Origin: an uncultured Eubacterium sp.
GTDB lineage: Bacteria > Bacillota > Clostridia > Lachnospirales > CAG-274
DNA: 60,885 nt
Direction: 5' to 3'
Assembly: GCA_900543365.1 (NCBI GenBank)
Contig: UQRG01000001.1
Location: 1-60,885, forward strand
Shown: positions 53,116-60,885 of the stretch, piece after piece
Layout of the letters: each line of letters starts with the position of its first letter
How positions within the stretch are numbered: position 1 is the first letter of the stretch
Made by a program: the position numbers and the translations under genes
Notes under the pieces: model-generated
Seen by the model: the letters and a program-made list of their open reading frames with translations, nothing else
What the model was told of the DNA's origin: nothing
Databases searched by the model: none

Positions 53116-55113
53116 TTAACCTACAATAGCACCACTTTCAACATTGCCATCGGCAGTAAGCAACTTAACATTACCACTTTCGTCTTCAGCTGCAACAATC
53201 ATACCTTCACTTACGTACTTACCCTTAAGCATCTTTCTTGGTGCAAGATTAGTAACAACAACAACCTTTTTACCTACCATTTCTTCTGGACCATAAAACT
53301 TAGCAATACCAGAAAGAATAGTTCTAGTTTCAGAGCCAATCTTAACAGTAGATTTTAAAAGTTTATTAGACTCTTGAACCTTTTCACAAGCTAATATTTC
53401 ACCAATTTTCATTTCTACCTTACAGAAATCATCAATAGTAATATACTCCTTGTCTTCCTTAGGCTGGTCCTTTTGTTCTTCCTTTGGAGCGTTAGCCTTA
53501 GCCTGTGCTTCCATAATAGCCTGTACTTTAGGTATAACTTCCTTAGGGTCAAGTCTAGCAAATAAAATCTGAGGCTTTTCAATTACCTTAGTGCCATTAG
53601 AATAAAGACCAAACTTATCAAGGTCAGCAAACTCTCTCTTAGAAGCATTTAGTTGAGATAAAATCTTTTCAGTAGTTTCTGGCATAAATGGTTCTAAAAG
53701 ACAAGCACCAATTGTAATACCCTCAACAAGGTTATAAAGTACTGTAGCAAGTCTATACTGCTTACTTTCATCCTTACCTAATACCCAAGGTTCAGTTTCG
53801 TCAACATACTTATTACATCTCTTAAATAATGTAAATATTTCAGTAATGGCATCAGCTACTCTAAGTTTATCCATCTTAGCCTCAACCTTAGACTTACATT
53901 CTGTAACAACCTTAATTAAATCATCGTCAACAGCTTCCTTAACATTAGTGTTGTTTACTACACCACCAAAATATTTGTTTGTCATAGATATAGTTCTATT
54001 AACAAGGTTACCAAGTACATTAGCAAGGTCAGAGTTAGTTCTTTCAATCATTAAATCCCAAGAAATAACACCATCATTTTCAAAAGGCATTTCGTGAAGT
54101 ACAAAATATCTTACAGCATCTACACCAAATAAACTTACAAGGTCATCAGCATAAATAACATTACCTCTTGACTTGCTCATTTTACCATCATTATTTTCAA
54201 TCTTTTCCTCAAAGCTATCCTCACCTCTTAACAACCAAGGATGACCAAATACCTGCTTAGGTAAAGGTAAATCAAGAGCCATAAGGATAATAGGCCAATA
54301 AATAGTATGAAATCTAACAATATCCTTACCAATTAAATGTAAATCTGCTGGCCACATTTTATTGAAAAGGTCTGAATTGTTACCATCACAGTCATAACCA
54401 ATACCTGTAATATAGTTAGAAAGGGCATCAAGCCATACATAAACAACATGGTTATTGTCAAAATCAACTGGAATACCCCATTTAAATGATGTTCTTGATA
54501 CACATAAATCCTGTAAACCTGGAAGAAGGAAATTATTCATCATTTCATTCTTTCTTGAAACAGGCTGAATAAACTCTGGGTGAGTATTAATATGCTCAAT
54601 AAGTCTATCTGCATACTTACTTAACTTAAGGAAATATGCTTCTTCCTTAGCCGGGTGAACTTCTCTGCCACAGTCAGGACACTTACCATCTACAAGCTGA
54701 CTTTCTGTCCAGAAACTTTCACAAGGAGTACAGTACATACCCTCATAAACACTTTTGTAAATATCCCCTTGATTATATAACTTTTTAAATATTTTCTGTA
54801 TCTGCTTTTCGTGGTCTGTATCTGTAGTTCTAATAAACTTATCGTAAGATGTATTCATTAAATCCCAAATATTCTTAATTTGACCTGCCACATTATCAAC
54901 AAACTGCTTTGGAGTTATGCCAGCGTCTTTAGCCTTTTCCTCAATTTTCTGACCGTGTTCATCTGTACCAGTCTGGAAAAATACTTCGTAACCTTGCATT
55001 CTCTTAAATCTTGCAATACTATCTGCTAATACAATTTCATAGGTATTACCAATATGAGGCTTACCTGATGTATAAGCAATGGCTGTAGTCATATAAAACT
55101 TTTCTTTACTCAT
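53116..55113 (-). CDS. metG: Methionyl-tRNA synthetase with C-terminal tRNA-binding (Trbp111/EMAP-like) domain
   Basis: HIGH-type 'KPHIGNTYE', zinc knuckle 'CTPCESF...CPDCGR', and 'KMSKSRGN'. The start is moved to ATG 55113 (GGAGGTT RBS); the track start has no RBS. Confidence 0.95.
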   Translation of the reverse strand: MSKEKFYMTTAIAYTSGKPHIGNTYEIVLADSIARFKRMQGYEVFFQTGTDEHGQKIEEKAKDAGITPKQFVDNVAGQIKNIWDLMNTSYDKFIRTTDTDHEKQIQKIFKKLYNQGDIYKSVYEGMYCTPCESFWTESQLVDGKCPDCGREVHPAKEEAYFLKLSKYADRLIEHINTHPEFIQPVSRKNEMMNNFLLPGLQDLCVSRTSFKWGIPVDFDNNHVVYVWLDALSNYITGIGYDCDGNNSDLFNKMWPADLHLIGKDIVRFHTIYWPIILMALDLPLPKQVFGHPWLLRGEDSFEEKIENNDGKMSKSRGNVIYADDLVSLFGVDAVRYFVLHEMPFENDGVISWDLMIERTNSDLANVLGNLVNRTISMTNKYFGGVVNNTNVKEAVDDDLIKVVTECKSKVEAKMDKLRVADAITEIFTLFKRCNKYVDETEPWVLGKDESKQYRLATVLYNLVEGITIGACLLEPFMPETTEKILSQLNASKREFADLDKFGLYSNGTKVIEKPQILFARLDPKEVIPKVQAIMEAQAKANAPKEEQKDQPKEDKEYITIDDFCKVEMKIGEILACEKVQESNKLLKSTVKIGSETRTILSGIAKFYGPEEMVGKKVVVVTNLAPRKMLKGKYVSEGMIVAAEDESGNVKLLTADGNVESGAIVG

Positions 55114-55234
55114 TTTAAAAAACCTCCATTTTATATTACACTTATTATATAACAATATCTGTAAAAATGCAAAATTATTTTACTTTAATCTGAATATATG
55201 TTAAAATAACTTAAAAACCGAAAGGAGAGATACT

Positions 55235-56065
55235 ATGTACAAGCTAATTGCTACTGACTGCGATGGCACAATTTTAGATTCTAAAGGCTATTTGCCTAAA
55301 GAAATTATTGATACATTTAAAATTTTACATAACAAAGGTATACATATACTTTTAGCTACTGGCAGAAACGATATTTTAGCTAAAGATTACCTTGATGAAC
55401 TTAACATAAATTGCCCTGTTGCTGGCTGTAATGGTGCAACACTTTTAAATTTCTATACTAATGAACACTATTTCACAAAATCAATGGACAAAACATCTCT
55501 TGATAAAATATTTGATATATGCAAAGACGGAAATATTGGCGTAAAAATGTTTACAAATGATACTTGCTATACAAATGATCAAACTCTCTATGAGGGAGGT
55601 ATAAACCTTATTACAATTAAATACACCAAAAAAATGAAGTATTCTATTAACTATAAATTAGTTGAAAATATGCACGATTTTTCTGGACTTGATAATATTG
55701 TAAAAGCTGTTGTAATTGAACAAGATATTCCTAAACTTTTAAAAATAAGAGATATTATTAATACTAGTATTCCATCTGTTAAAGCTGTTCAATCTAACTG
55801 GAATTGTATTGATATTAATTCAAAATCTGTTTCAAAAGGAAATGCTATACTTGAGTATGCAAAAATTGTAGGTATTAAGCCAGAAGAAATTATTGCTTTT
55901 GGTGATAGTGAAAATGATATTTCTATGCTTAAAGAAGCTGGTCTTGGTGTAGCTGTAGGTAATGCCGATGATTGCGTTAAATTATCCGCCAATAAAGTTA
56001 TTGACACTAATGACAATTTTGGAGTAGCTAAGTTTTTAAAGCAAATTTATAATATAAACAATTAA
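55235..56065 (+). CDS. Cof-type HAD-IIB phosphatase
   Basis: 'IATDCDGTILD', 'ATGRN', 'GDSENDISMLKEAG'. Confidence 0.9.
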   Translation: MYKLIATDCDGTILDSKGYLPKEIIDTFKILHNKGIHILLATGRNDILAKDYLDELNINCPVAGCNGATLLNFYTNEHYFTKSMDKTSLDKIFDICKDGNIGVKMFTNDTCYTNDQTLYEGGINLITIKYTKKMKYSINYKLVENMHDFSGLDNIVKAVVIEQDIPKLLKIRDIINTSIPSVKAVQSNWNCIDINSKSVSKGNAILEYAKIVGIKPEEIIAFGDSENDISMLKEAGLGVAVGNADDCVKLSANKVIDTNDNFGVAKFLKQIYNINN

Positions 56066-56072
56066 TAAAAAA

Positions 56073-56110
56073 AGTAATAGATAACTTAATAAAGCTACCT
56101 ATTACTTTTT
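56073..56110. terminator. Weak AT-rich hairpin between the convergent cof and mtnN genes
   Basis: AGTAATAG...CTATTACT (8 bp, 18-nt loop) followed by TTTTT. Confidence 0.4.
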
Positions 56111-56286
56111 TATATTATTCTACTGTAATTCAGACCTCTGAACTGTAATATAAATATTACCATTTTTAACTTCTACATCATTAAAAAACAGCTCAAAAAA
56201 ATCAACTTGTACATAAACATAACCATTATAATAAAGATATATGTTTTTTCATAATATACCTATGTTAGTAGAAAAAGTTATTATAA

Positions 56287-56982
56287 TTACAATTCAGCAA
56301 CCATATTTTTAATTATTCTACCAGCAGTAACAGCACTTTCTCTAAAAAATCTTTCGTAATTTACATCACTGCCTTCTTCTGCATTATCAGAAATAGCTCT
56401 AATAATAACAAAAGGGATTTTATTCAAATAACAAGCGTGAGCAATAGCTGCACCTTCCATTTCACAACAAATAGGATTAAAAAGTGAGTTAATTCTCTCC
56501 TTAACCTGTGGGTCAGATACAAACTGGTCACCACTGGCAACTCTGCCAACATAAACCGGAAAACCAATATCCTTAACAACCTTTTTAGCTACTTCAACAA
56601 GTTCAGTATCAGCAGTAAACACACTTGTATCCATTCTTGAAATGAATCCAGGTTCATCACCTAAAGCTGAAGTATCAAAGTCGTGTTGAACAGCATCACT
56701 TGAAATAACAATATCACCAATTTTAACATTAGAATCCATTGCACCAGCGACACCTACATTAATAATAGCATCAACAGCAAAAAGGTCAATAAGCACCTGT
56801 GCACACAAAGCAGCATTAACCTTTCCTATACCTGAACGCACAAGAACAATATTATGTCCACAATTATTTATTTTACCTAAGTGAAAATCAAGACCTAAAG
56901 CATTTTTAGTTGTTACAACATTCATATCTTCAAGAATGTTAATAATTTCCTCTTCCATTGCCCCTATAATACCTATTGTCAT
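56287..56982 (-). CDS. mtnN: 5'-methylthioadenosine/S-adenosylhomocysteine nucleosidase
   Basis: 'IGIIGAMEEEI', 'SGIGKVNAA', 'EMEGAAIA'. Its RBS overlaps the glmS stop. Confidence 0.93.
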   Translation of the reverse strand: MTIGIIGAMEEEIINILEDMNVVTTKNALGLDFHLGKINNCGHNIVLVRSGIGKVNAALCAQVLIDLFAVDAIINVGVAGAMDSNVKIGDIVISSDAVQHDFDTSALGDEPGFISRMDTSVFTADTELVEVAKKVVKDIGFPVYVGRVASGDQFVSDPQVKERINSLFNPICCEMEGAAIAHACYLNKIPFVIIRAISDNAEEGSDVNYERFFRESAVTAGRIIKNMVAEL

Positions 56983-56996
56983 AAAATTGTATCCTC

Positions 56997-58835
56997 CTAT
57001 TCAACTGTCACACTCTTTGCAAGATTTCTTGGTTTATCAATATCTTCACCTAAACCTAAAGCCATATAATAAGCAAATAACTGCTGTGGTATATTAGCAA
57101 GCAAAGATGTAAGCATCCAATGAGTTCTTGGGATATAAATTACATCGTCAGCAACTTCTTCAATACTCTTGTTGCCTTCCATAGCAATAGCAAGAACTTT
57201 AGCACCCCTTGCCTTAACTTCCTGCATATTACTCTTAGTTTTGTCAAAAAGAGCCTCCTGTGTACAAACACCAACAACAAGAGTAGCCTTTTCAATAAGA
57301 GCTATTGGTCCGTGCTTTAACTCACCTGCTGCATAAGGCTCAGAATGTAAGTATGCAATTTCCTTAAGCTTTAATGAACCTTCCATACCTACAACATAGT
57401 CAAGTCCCCTACCAATATAGAAAACATTTTTAGAACTTATATACTTATTAACAAAACCTCTTATAGCTGGTACAGCCTTTGTAAGAATATCATTAATCTG
57501 TGACGGAAGTCTATCCATAGCCTTTTTAATTTCTGCAAATGTTTTATCATCAATCTTACCAAGTTCCTGTGCAATATGTAATGTAATAAGATACATTGCA
57601 ACTACCTGAGCAGAAAATGCCTTTGTTGATGCAACAGCGATTTCAAAACCTGCAAGAGTGTATAAAACATCATCAGCATCTCTAGCAATAGAACTACCTA
57701 CAGCATTAACAACACCTAAAACTCTTGCACCCTTAGACTTAGCAAGTTTTAATGCTGAATGAGTATCAGCAGTTTCACCAGACTGAGAAATAACAATAAC
57801 TAGTGTATGCTCATCAATAAGAGGATCTTTGTATCTAAACTCACTAGCAACATCAGCATTAACCGGAATTCTAACTATTCTTTCAAGAAGATACTTTCCA
57901 ACAAGACCTGCATAATAAGCAGTACCACAAGCTACAATGTAAATCTGATTAATATTTTCAAGTTCAGCCTTTCCAAGTTTAATACCATCAAGTTCAATAC
58001 TTTTGCCGTCTTCAGAAAATCTTTTGGCAAGATTGTCTTTAACAACCTTAGGCTGTTCATATATTTCCTTTAACATAAAGTGGTCATAGCCATTTTTCTG
58101 AGCAGCCTCAACATCCCACTTGTATGTATAAACTTCCTTATGAATTTCATTGCCATTAATGTCATAAAGCTTAACTTCATTAGCCTTAATAACAGCAAGT
58201 TCCTTATCACCTAAAATATAAGCATCTTTAGTATAAGTAAGAATAGCTGGAATGTCAGATGCTATAAAATTTTCATTCTTACCAAGACCTACAATAAGAG
58301 GAGATTCCTTTCTAGCAGCAATAAGCTGCTCCGGATAATCTGTACAAAGTACACCTAAAGCATAAGAACCTTCTATTCTTTCTAAAGTTCTTCTAACAGC
58401 CTCCAAAAGTTCTAAACCTTGCTTATAATAGTCATCAATAAGGTGAGCCACTGTTTCTGTATCTGTTTCAGAATGGAAAATATAACCCTTAGCCTCAAGT
58501 TCAGCCTTTAACTCTTGATAGTTTTCAATAATACCATTGTGAACAACAGCAATTTTATCATCATTACTAAAATGAGGATGAGCATTTAAGTCAGACGGTG
58601 CACCGTGAGTTGCCCATCTTGTATGACCTATACCTACAAAACCGGAAACAGGCTCGTTAAGTAAAAGATTTCTTAAATTATCTACCTTACCTTTAGTCTT
58701 TCTAATACCTATTTTATCTTTATTTAAAACAGCAACACCTGCTGAATCATAGCCTCTGTATTCAAGACTCTGCAATCCACTAATAAGTACTGGTACCGCA
58801 TTCTGTTCACCTACATAACCAACTATACCACACAT
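56997..58835 (-). CDS. glmS: Glutamine--fructose-6-phosphate aminotransferase
   Basis: Ntn 'MCGIVGY', two SIS domains, and the characteristic C-terminus 'NLAKSVTVE'. Confidence 0.97.
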   Translation of the reverse strand: MCGIVGYVGEQNAVPVLISGLQSLEYRGYDSAGVAVLNKDKIGIRKTKGKVDNLRNLLLNEPVSGFVGIGHTRWATHGAPSDLNAHPHFSNDDKIAVVHNGIIENYQELKAELEAKGYIFHSETDTETVAHLIDDYYKQGLELLEAVRRTLERIEGSYALGVLCTDYPEQLIAARKESPLIVGLGKNENFIASDIPAILTYTKDAYILGDKELAVIKANEVKLYDINGNEIHKEVYTYKWDVEAAQKNGYDHFMLKEIYEQPKVVKDNLAKRFSEDGKSIELDGIKLGKAELENINQIYIVACGTAYYAGLVGKYLLERIVRIPVNADVASEFRYKDPLIDEHTLVIVISQSGETADTHSALKLAKSKGARVLGVVNAVGSSIARDADDVLYTLAGFEIAVASTKAFSAQVVAMYLITLHIAQELGKIDDKTFAEIKKAMDRLPSQINDILTKAVPAIRGFVNKYISSKNVFYIGRGLDYVVGMEGSLKLKEIAYLHSEPYAAGELKHGPIALIEKATLVVGVCTQEALFDKTKSNMQEVKARGAKVLAIAMEGNKSIEEVADDVIYIPRTHWMLTSLLANIPQQLFAYYMALGLGEDIDKPRNLAKSVTVE

Positions 58836-58850
58836 ATAATCAAATCCTCC

Positions 58851-60200
58851 TTAATTTAAAAGGCCCTCAATAAGTTTAGCAAGTCTTTCAGCCTCTTGCT
58901 GAATAATCTGCTGATTTCTACCTTCAATCATTACTCTAACAATAGGTTCTGTTCCTGAAGGTCTAATAAGAACTCTGCCGTCACCACTAAACTTAGCTTC
59001 AAGTTTTTCAATTTCTGATTTAATGGTTTCATTCTTAAGATAATCTTTTTTACGCTTGTTATCAACTCTGGCATTAACAAGTGCCTGTGGAAGAACTTCC
59101 ATTATTTTTTTAGCCTCGTCCAAAGACTTACCAGTCTTTTTAAGGGTAGTAAGAAGCTGAATAGCTGTTACAATACCATCACCTGTTGTATTGTAGTCAA
59201 AGAATATAATATGTCCTGACTGTTCACCACCAAAGCAATCGCCATTTTCAAGAATATGCTCTAAAACATATCTATCGCCAACTTTTGTCTTTTCAATATT
59301 TATACCCTTTTCATTACCCATAATGAATAAGCCTAAATTACTCATAACTGTAGCAACAATCGTATCATTTTTAAGCTTGCCACATTCTTTCATATAATTA
59401 CCGCAAATAGCCATAATTACATCACCATCAACAATGTTACCCTTGCTATCAACAGCAAGACATCTATCACCATCACCATCAAAAGCAATACCTAAATCAC
59501 AGCTATTATCAACTACAAATTTAGCAAGGCTTTCAATATGAGTTGAACCACAATCTTTATTAATATTAGTGCCGTCAGGCTCTCTATGAATAGCGTAAAC
59601 TTCTGCACCAAGTTCAGTTAAAGCAACTGGGGCAGCCTTATATGTAGCACCATTTGCACAGTCAATAGCTACTTTAATACCATCAAGCTTAATGTCAGTT
59701 GTAGTCTGAACAAACTTAACATAATCATCTATAGCTTCTTCACAAACTGTTTTAGCCCCAACCATATCACCTGTTGGACGAGGAAGTTCATCCCAAAGGT
59801 CTGTCATATAGCTTTCAATTTCAAGTTCAATATCATCTCTTAACTTAAAGCCTTGAGAATTAAAGAACTTAATACCATTATCCTGAACAGGATTGTGTGA
59901 TGCACTAATAACAATACCTGCATCGGCATTATATGCTCTAACAAGATGAGCTACAGCAGGAGTTGGAACAACACCAAGACTAACAGCTTGAGCACCTACA
60001 GAACAAATACCAGCAATAAGAGCTGACTCAAGCATATCTCCAGAGATTCTTGTATCCATACCTACGATAATTTTGGCAGTATGGTTAGTATGCTTAGTAA
60101 GAACATAAGCACCAGCTCTACCTAACTTATATGCAAGTTCTGGTGTAAGCTCAACATTAGCTACACCTCTTACACCATCTGTTCCAAAAAACTTACCCAT
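58851..60200 (-). CDS. glmM: Phosphoglucosamine mutase
   Basis: 'FGTDGVRG', and the phosphoserine loop '[16 protein letters not shown]'. ATG 60200 follows AGGAGG; the track start is 33 nt further upstream with no RBS. Confidence 0.95.
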   Translation of the reverse strand: MGKFFGTDGVRGVANVELTPELAYKLGRAGAYVLTKHTNHTAKIIVGMDTRISGDMLESALIAGICSVGAQAVSLGVVPTPAVAHLVRAYNADAGIVISASHNPVQDNGIKFFNSQGFKLRDDIELEIESYMTDLWDELPRPTGDMVGAKTVCEEAIDDYVKFVQTTTDIKLDGIKVAIDCANGATYKAAPVALTELGAEVYAIHREPDGTNINKDCGSTHIESLAKFVVDNSCDLGIAFDGDGDRCLAVDSKGNIVDGDVIMAICGNYMKECGKLKNDTIVATVMSNLGLFIMGNEKGINIEKTKVGDRYVLEHILENGDCFGGEQSGHIIFFDYNTTGDGIVTAIQLLTTLKKTGKSLDEAKKIMEVLPQALVNARVDNKRKKDYLKNETIKSEIEKLEAKFSGDGRVLIRPSGTEPIVRVMIEGRNQQIIQQEAERLAKLIEGLLN

Positions 60201-60330
60201 TTTTCTATTCCTCCTAAGAATATTTACACACAATAATTTAATGGTATTATACCACTAAAGACAAATTAACACAATAGTTAATTATATTACAAATTTTTAG
60301 TAAAACTTTTAAGCAATTTAATTAATATAA

Positions 60331-60885
60331 TTAAGCTTCTTTTTTGCTCTTTGCATTAACAATATATATACCTAAGCACACAAGTAAAAGTGCAACAATA
60401 GTTCTTACATTAAATATATTTTCACCAAGCATAATACCAGATAAAATCACTCCAAAGCAAGGATTTAAAAAGCAATATACAGATATTTTACCTACTGGAT
60501 TATACTTTAAAAGCTGTGCCCATATAGTAAAAGCACAAGAAGAAATAACTGCCAGATACAAAAGCATAGCTATTGCTTGAATACTAGGAAATGTTATACT
60601 GCCCCCTGTCAAAAGACCTACAATAGTAAGTACAGCACCACCTAATGCAAGCTGCCAACCAGTAGCTGTAACAGAATTGCTTTTTTTAGTTACAAATTTT
60701 GTAATAACTGAACCTAAAGCAAAACAAAAGGCAGCAATTAATATAAATCCATCACCCTGAAATTTAAAACTTAAATCAAGCCCTTGTTCAAAACAACAAA
60801 ATACAACACCACAAAATCCCAAAAGACAACCAATAAATTTCCTTAAATTGATTTTATCATTTTTAAAAGCAAAATGAGCTAAAAT
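60331..60885 (-). CDS. EamA/DMT-family transporter, N-terminal part outside the window
   Basis: The frame stays open from 60885 (…ILAHFAFKNDKINLRKFIGCLLGFCGVV…) to the stop at 60331. It has 5 TM helices and a typical second EamA repeat. Confidence 0.7.
   Translation of the reverse strand: MLAHFAFKNDKINLRKFIGCLLGFCGVVFCCFEQGLDLSFKFQGDGFILIAAFCFALGSVITKFVTKKSNSVTATGWQLALGGAVLTIVGLLTGGSITFPSIQAIAMLLYLAVISSCAFTIWAQLLKYNPVGKISVYCFLNPCFGVILSGIMLGENIFNVRTIVALLLVCLGIYIVNAKSKKEA

Noticed and set aside
56120-56252. Possible small gene downstream of mtnN. ATG 56252 gives MKKHISLL*, and a shifted frame continues YNGYVYVQVDFFELFFNDVEVKNGNIYITVQRSELQ*.
   Set aside because: It would need a frameshift in a T-rich run (the 133-nt span is not a multiple of 3). 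It has no Shine-Dalgarno sequence, and the shifted frame has no start codon. It is most likely a decayed remnant or a chance ORF.
58836-58850. glmS ribozyme upstream of glmS.
   Set aside because: There are only 15 nt between glmM and glmS. The 130 nt upstream of glmM is AT-rich and has none of the conserved ribozyme core.
1-60885. CRISPR arrays, insertion sequences, integrases, prophage or toxin-antitoxin/defence cassettes, tRNA/rRNA genes.
   Set aside because: I found no repeat-spacer periodicity, no transposase- or integrase-like ORF, and no intergenic region long or GC-rich enough to hold a structured RNA gene other than the ileS T-box. All intergenic gaps over 150 nt were read on both strands.

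Overview
This is a 60.9-kb, visibly AT-rich chromosomal segment. It most likely comes from a spore-forming low-GC Firmicute of class Clostridia. That is inferred from gene content only: a SipL/SpoVID-like DUF3794+LysM protein, a FabT/FabK-type FAS II cluster, feoA-feoA-feoB plus the small Cys-rich Feo-associated ORF, a long (type-2 length class) IleRS behind a T-box, and a CsbB-GtrA-YfhO module.

I support about 50 protein genes, roughly 80% of them on the minus strand. Intergenic regions are short and many starts and stops overlap or abut. I saw no rRNA, tRNA, CRISPR array, transposase, integrase or phage genes.

Content from left to right:
- GNAT + DUF2156 pair, pepF, glgB, sipL-like
- accA-accD-fabZ-fabF-fabG-fabD-fabK-fabH-fabT-like, thioesterase
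- ftsQ, ftsZ, hlyIII, a DD-carboxypeptidase
- clpB, an RHH protein, the feo operon
- ileS with an Ile T-box, HIT, SdpI-like, asnB
- a PurM-like + NagA-like pair, lon, htpG behind a perfect CIRCE
- a decayed pair of secreted-protein genes
- a small protein + tandem-OB SSB-like protein, an orphan trpD, lepA, MATE
- yfhO-gtrA-csbB, a G5/3D protein, tatD, metG, cof
- mtnN-glmS-glmM, EamA (partial)

The window is overwhelmingly housekeeping. I cannot point to a convincing new multi-gene system such as a defence island. The observations most worth a second look are:
1. A 1.46-kb frame interrupted only by four in-frame TAA codons (39980-41440).
2. A recurring ATTAG-N6-CTAA(T/C) operator-like motif in the feo leader that does not look like a Fur box.
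3. A perfect CIRCE in front of htpG.
4. A pneumococcal-order FAS II cluster missing exactly acpP, accB and accC.
5. A tandem-OB SSB-like protein with no acidic tail, next to a very small conserved protein and an orphan trpD.
6. Two translationally coupled pairs of poorly characterised enzymes (DUF2156+GNAT; NagA-like+PurM-like).

All protein calls come from motif and family recognition by eye. No searches were run. I refined several start codons from the ORF track using Shine-Dalgarno spacing.
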